Source of the DNA: Vulcanimicrobiota bacterium | Lineage (GTDB): Bacteria > Vulcanimicrobiota > Vulcanimicrobiia > Vulcanimicrobiales > Vulcanimicrobiaceae | Reading direction: 5' to 3' | NCBI GenBank assembly: GCA_963754415.1 | Contig: CAVWGA010000001.1 | Location: forward strand, 290,494 to 354,493 | Length of the DNA stretch: 64,000 nt | Shown: one piece after another, positions 60,055 to 64,000 of the stretch | Layout: each line of letters begins with the position of its first letter | Position numbering within the stretch: position 1 is the first letter of the stretch | Position numbers and translations under genes: made by a program | Notes under the pieces: generated by a model | What the model was told of the DNA's origin: nothing | What the model saw: the letters and a program-made list of their open reading frames with translations, nothing else | Database searches by the model: none

Positions 60055-62157
60055 TTATACCGGTGGCGCGTTCGACATCGAACGCATGACGACGAGCGAT
60101 CGTGCCTGCAGGACGCGCATAGGCGCCGCGGCCGGCGTACTGGGATCGCTTAGCGATGCTGCGGCCGTGTCGAGGAGGACGTCCCAGTTCACGCCGGACG
60201 GCAGTGTGAGTTCGATCGGGTGATCGGCGGCGTTGAGATACATCAGCATGCGCGCCGGGTCGGTGCGCGGATCGTCGGGACCGAACAACAGTCCGATGAA
60301 TCGCCGGCTTCCATCGAACCAGTCGTTCTCGTTCATCTCCGAGCCGTCGGTACGTAACCAGATGATATCCTTGCCCCAGCCGCCCGGCACCGGTTTGCCG
60401 TCGAAATAGGTTTCGCGCCGGAAGGCCGCGCACGAGCGCCGCAATGCGAGCGCACGCACGACGAAATCGTGCAACTCGGGATCGGACGGCGACGACCAAT
60501 CGAGCCACGTCAGCGGCGAATCCTGACAATAGGGGTTGTTGTTACCGCTCTGCGACTTGCCTAGTTCGTCGCCGGCCAACAGCATCGGAACGCCTTGCGA
60601 TAAGATCAGCGTCGCCAGCAAGTTGCGCTGCTGACGCGCCCGTAACGCCGTGACGTCGGGATCGTTCGTCGGCCCCTCGATCCCGCAGTTCCAGCTATAA
60701 TTGTGATCGCTGCCGTCCCGGTTACTCTCGCCGTTTGCTTCATTGTGCTTTTCGTTGTATCGCACGAGGTCGGCGAGCGTGAAGCCGTCGTGCGCCGTCA
60801 CGAAGTTGATCGACGCGCGCACGCGTCGTCCGCCTCCGGCGAAGATTTCGCTCGAGCCCGCCAAACGCGACGCCAACTCGGGAACTAAGCCATCGTTGCC
60901 CTGCCAGAAGCGGCGCACACAATCGCGGTATCGATCGTTCCACTCAGACCACCCGGGCGGGAAGCGGCCGAGCTGATACCCGCCCGCGCCAAAATCCCAA
61001 GGTTCGGCGATCAATTTTATGCCGGCGAGAGCCGGATCTTGTACGATCGCAGCGAAAAATGCGCTGTGCGAATCGACCCCGTGGATCGTGCGCGCGAGCG
61101 CGGAGGCGAGATCGAAGCGGAATCCGTCGACGTGCATCTCCTGCGCCCAGTAGCGCAGTGAATCCATGACCATCTGCAGCACGCGTGGATGTTCGAGGCG
61201 TAGCGTATTACCCGTCCCCGTCGCATCGTCATAATAGCGCCGCTCGCCGGCTAAGCGATAGTACGACACGTTATCGATCCCTCGAAACGATAACGTCGGA
61301 CCGTCTTGGTTTCCTTCTGCCGTATGGTTGTAGACGACGTCGAGGATCACTTCAATGCCGGCTTCGTGGAACTGCTTGACCATCGTCTTGAACTCGTGGA
61401 CGGATTCGGTCGCCAGATAGAGCGGTTGCGGGGCAAAGAAACCGATCGGGCTGTAACCCCAGTAGTTCCGTAGACGCTTCTCTACCAAGAAGCGGTCGTC
61501 GACGAACGCTTGGACCGGCATCAGTTCGACTGCCGTGATGCCCAGGCGCCGTAGATAGTCGAGGACCGGCGGCGACGAAAGCGCGAGGAACGTACCGCGC
61601 AGGGGCGGCGGGACGCCGGGAAACTGCATCGTAAAGCCGCGGACGTGCAACTCGTAGATGACCGTGTCGCGCCACGGCGTCTTCGGCGGCCGATCGTCGC
61701 CCCAGGTGAAGGCCGTATCGACGACGACGGCTTTGGGCATCCCCGACGCGTTGTCGCGCCGGTCGAAAGACAGATCGCCACGCGGCGCACCGATGCGATA
61801 CCCGTAGTGTGCGTCGCTCCAGCGCAGGGCGCCGGCGAACTGCTTGGCATACGGATCGATCAGCAGTTTGTTCGGATTGAAGCGATGTCCACTGGCCGGC
61901 TCGTACGGACCGTAGACGCGATATCCGTAGCGCAGACCCGGCCGCGCGTCGGGAACGTAGCCGTGCCACACGCCGTCGGTGTAGCGGGGCAGCGTCAAAC
62001 GGTAGAGTTCACGCCGGCCGCGCTGATCGAACAGACACAGTTCGACCCGCTCGGCATGCTCGGAAAACAACGCGAAGTTAACGCCTTTGCCGTCCCACGT
62101 CGCGCCGCGCGGATGCGGCGCGCCGATGTCGATGACCGGCCCGCGAACGCCGATCAC
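60055..62157 (-). CDS. glgX: Glycogen debranching enzyme GlgX (GH13)
   Basis: GATWDGKGVNFALFS, IYELHVRGFT, NYWGYSP, VILDVVYNHT, DGFRFDLAS, IAEPWD, FVTAHDGF. GTG 62155-62157 taken as the start. The upstream part of ORF 60055-62829 is not protein-like. Confidence 0.9.
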   Translation of the reverse strand: MIGVRGPVIDIGAPHPRGATWDGKGVNFALFSEHAERVELCLFDQRGRRELYRLTLPRYTDGVWHGYVPDARPGLRYGYRVYGPYEPASGHRFNPNKLLIDPYAKQFAGALRWSDAHYGYRIGAPRGDLSFDRRDNASGMPKAVVVDTAFTWGDDRPPKTPWRDTVIYELHVRGFTMQFPGVPPPLRGTFLALSSPPVLDYLRRLGITAVELMPVQAFVDDRFLVEKRLRNYWGYSPIGFFAPQPLYLATESVHEFKTMVKQFHEAGIEVILDVVYNHTAEGNQDGPTLSFRGIDNVSYYRLAGERRYYDDATGTGNTLRLEHPRVLQMVMDSLRYWAQEMHVDGFRFDLASALARTIHGVDSHSAFFAAIVQDPALAGIKLIAEPWDFGAGGYQLGRFPPGWSEWNDRYRDCVRRFWQGNDGLVPELASRLAGSSEIFAGGGRRVRASINFVTAHDGFTLADLVRYNEKHNEANGESNRDGSDHNYSWNCGIEGPTNDPDVTALRARQQRNLLATLILSQGVPMLLAGDELGKSQSGNNNPYCQDSPLTWLDWSSPSDPELHDFVVRALALRRSCAAFRRETYFDGKPVPGGWGKDIIWLRTDGSEMNENDWFDGSRRFIGLLFGPDDPRTDPARMLMYLNAADHPIELTLPSGVNWDVLLDTAAASLSDPSTPAAAPMRVLQARSLVVMRSMSNAPPV

Positions 62158-62171
62158 CGGCAGGTTCTGCC

Positions 62172-64000
62172 TTACAGGTCGGGTTCGTAGCGCGAGCAAA
62201 TGCGGCCAGCAAGGCCGCCAGCGCAGTTTTTCCGCGAACCGGGTCGAGCGTGTCGTCGAGCGTAGGCAGATACGGTGCATCGTCACGCAAGCCGTAAAGA
62301 AAGCTGCGCGACCAGTGCCGCTCGACGTCGATGCCCGCCGGCGCATAGAACGCGGCTTCGGCGGCGCGCACGGCGGCATACGCTTGTGCGGCTTTGGCCG
62401 CATCGCCGGACGCGACGGCAGTCGTCGACTCTGGTATCCAGGACTTGGGCATGTCGCTCGAAAGCGTCGAGCGCGGGCAGCAGGGCGCGTACGGCGATCG
62501 TGCGACGCGGCGTTGCATCGATCAGCGAGAACGATTTGAGCCGTTCGCGCAACGCCTCGGCCAGCGGCGTCAATTCGATGTTCGGGGCGGCCGCGTCGGC
62601 GAGGCGCATCGTAACCAGGCTCGTGTAGCGCGCTGCCGCCGCGGCGCGGTGCATGCCGGGATCGAATATGCGCAGACTCGCCAGATCGTCGTACGCGGAA
62701 TGATAGGTGCCGAAGGGGCCGCCAAAGCCGGCTCCCATCGCCGGCAGGTTCTCGTGGTAGACGAACGGCTCGTGGTCGCTGCCGCCGCCGACGGGTTCGA
62801 TGCTGCGCTTGGGATCTTGCGCGGCCCAATACGCGTCGAGCGACGTTCCGTCCGGGGCGCGCTCACGTCGCCGGGCTGCGGCGCGCGCTGAGGCCCGCGA
62901 GTTCCGGGCGTCGCGTAGATGCCGAATTGCGGGCCGAAAGCGACTTCGTCGGTATTGACGTAGGCGATCATTCCGGCGCGCAGTTCGGCATCGTGCTGCT
63001 CGACCCAGATGTCCGAGCCGAAAAGGTTAAGCTCTTCACCATCCCACGAGCCGAGCACGATCGTGTGCCGCGGCTTCCAACCGGCCCGAGCCGCATCGCC
63101 ATAGGCGCGTGCCAGTTGCAAGAGATCGACCGTTCCGCTGATCGGATCGACGGCGCCGTACGTCCACGCGTCGCGGTGTCCGCCGACGACGACCATGCGC
63201 GACGGATCGGTGCCCGGTAACGTCGCGATGACGTCCCACATCGGACCGAACGAACGTTGCGAGTGCAGGATAAAATGCGCGCGCGCGCGTCTTGCCAAGA
63301 TGGAGCGGAAGTGGAAAGCCGCCGTGCCAGTCGTCGGGCGCGATAGGGCCGTCCATCGCGGCGATCAGTCGCTGTGCGACGTCTCCCGTGATCGGCATCT
63401 CGGGGATCGAGGGTAGTGCGATCGCCGAGAACGGTTTGTGCGGCGCGCCAACGACCGGAACGCCGATCGCCGTCGGATCGCCCGGGATCGTTTGTGAACG
63501 TCAGCGTGTTGCGCAGCGATGCGCCGGTCGGGCGCCAGGGTCCGTCGGGATACGGATCGCCTTTGAAGTATCCGCCGTCCATCGGGTCGGCAAAGATCAG
63601 CGTCGCCGCCGCACCGTGCTTGGCGCTTTCCAAGGCTTTCGCGGTCAGCGCACCCTTGCCGACGCGAGCAAGATGATGGCCCCGCGAACGTTGACGCCGA
63701 GTTTCGCGAGCGTCGCGAAATCTTCGCGGGCGCGCGTAGTTCGCGTACACGAGCGGACCCCGTCACGTCGCCGTCGTTGCTGTAACCGGAGTACGGCATG
63801 CCGATCGCCGCGTGCGCGCGCGAATAGCTGTCGCCGGGGACTTCGGGCTCGTAGAGGTTTAACGTGTACGGCGACGGGTCGAGTAACTGCAGGAACTGCT
63901 GCGTCGGCACCGCGATCGGCACCGTGTACGTGACGATGTTCGCGTTCCAGCCGGCTTTTGCGAGCGCGTCGCGCACGTAGAGCGCCGTGCGGTAATCGGC
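62172..64000 (-). pseudogene. M28-family peptidase of the glutamate carboxypeptidase II / transferrin-receptor-like type (PA + M28 + dimerisation domains), many frameshifts; 5' end outside the window
   Basis: Fragments in all three minus frames: YVRDALAKAGWNANIVTY..., YANYARP / EDFATLAKLGVNVRGAIIL / ARVGKGALTAKALESAKHGAAATLIFADP, MVVVGGHRDAWTYGAVDPISG...VLGSWDGEELNLFGS, GGGSDHEPF..GFGGPFGTYHSAYD, and the helical C-terminal domain. The frame is open to the window edge. Confidence 0.7.

Noticed and set aside
60055-62829. 924-aa ORF reported as a single protein
   Set aside because: The first 224 codons are Arg-rich and overlap fragments of the upstream M28 peptidase gene in other frames. GlgX homology starts near GTG 62157.
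1-64000. rRNA, tRNA, riboswitch, transposase, integrase or prophage genes
   Set aside because: Reading intergenic regions by eye showed no cloverleaf-like segment or recognisable riboswitch core. No translated ORF showed DDE, tyrosine- or serine-recombinase motifs. A covariance-model scan (tRNAscan-SE, Infernal/Rfam) would be needed to exclude small RNAs.

Overview
GC-rich bacterial chromosomal window with strong third-position GC bias and many GTG/TTG starts. I could not place the taxon from sequence alone. I recognised no rRNA, tRNA, CRISPR array, transposase, integrase or prophage. About 65 genes are supportable, mostly core functions. They include a caa3-type cytochrome c oxidase locus (ctaC-ctaD-ctaE plus two tiny TM ORFs, an SCO1-like chaperone, ctaA-ctaB) and amino-sugar genes (BadF-type kinase, nanE). 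Others are prfC, a PLP threonine/serine dehydratase, a ROK glucokinase, an MGDG-synthase-like GT28 with a fatty-acid hydroxylase, and a DUF2231-Rieske fusion with a hemerythrin. Further along are egtD beside an OpuC-type ABC transporter, ppk1, a BolA-Grx-EVE-thioesterase run, and a NUDIX-MBL-CHAD operon followed by an orphan AbiEii-like nucleotidyltransferase. The rest comprises a fasciclin/TVP38 pair, RNase D, aconitase, an alpha-glucan cluster (glgX-malQ-nucleotidyltransferase/PMM fusion, plus a nearby GT4), and M61 and M28 peptidases. The most striking property is structural. Roughly 40 reading-frame breaks are concentrated in about 18 genes, while neighbouring multi-kb genes are intact. 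This looks more like indel error than decay, but the clustering needs checking against reads. I did not find a convincing self-contained novel system such as a defence island or mobile element. The best leads are modest. They are the NUDIX-MBL-CHAD module with the antitoxin-less AbiEii-like gene, stand-alone egtD next to the OpuC-type importer, and the ATGA-coupled DUF2231-Rieske/hemerythrin pair. Others are a Met/His-rich fasciclin with a His-tailed TVP38 protein, a PGM-like domain lacking the canonical phosphoserine motif, and a ~75-bp intergenic repeat carrying a 31-nt palindrome. All functional calls rest on motifs read by eye, not database searches.
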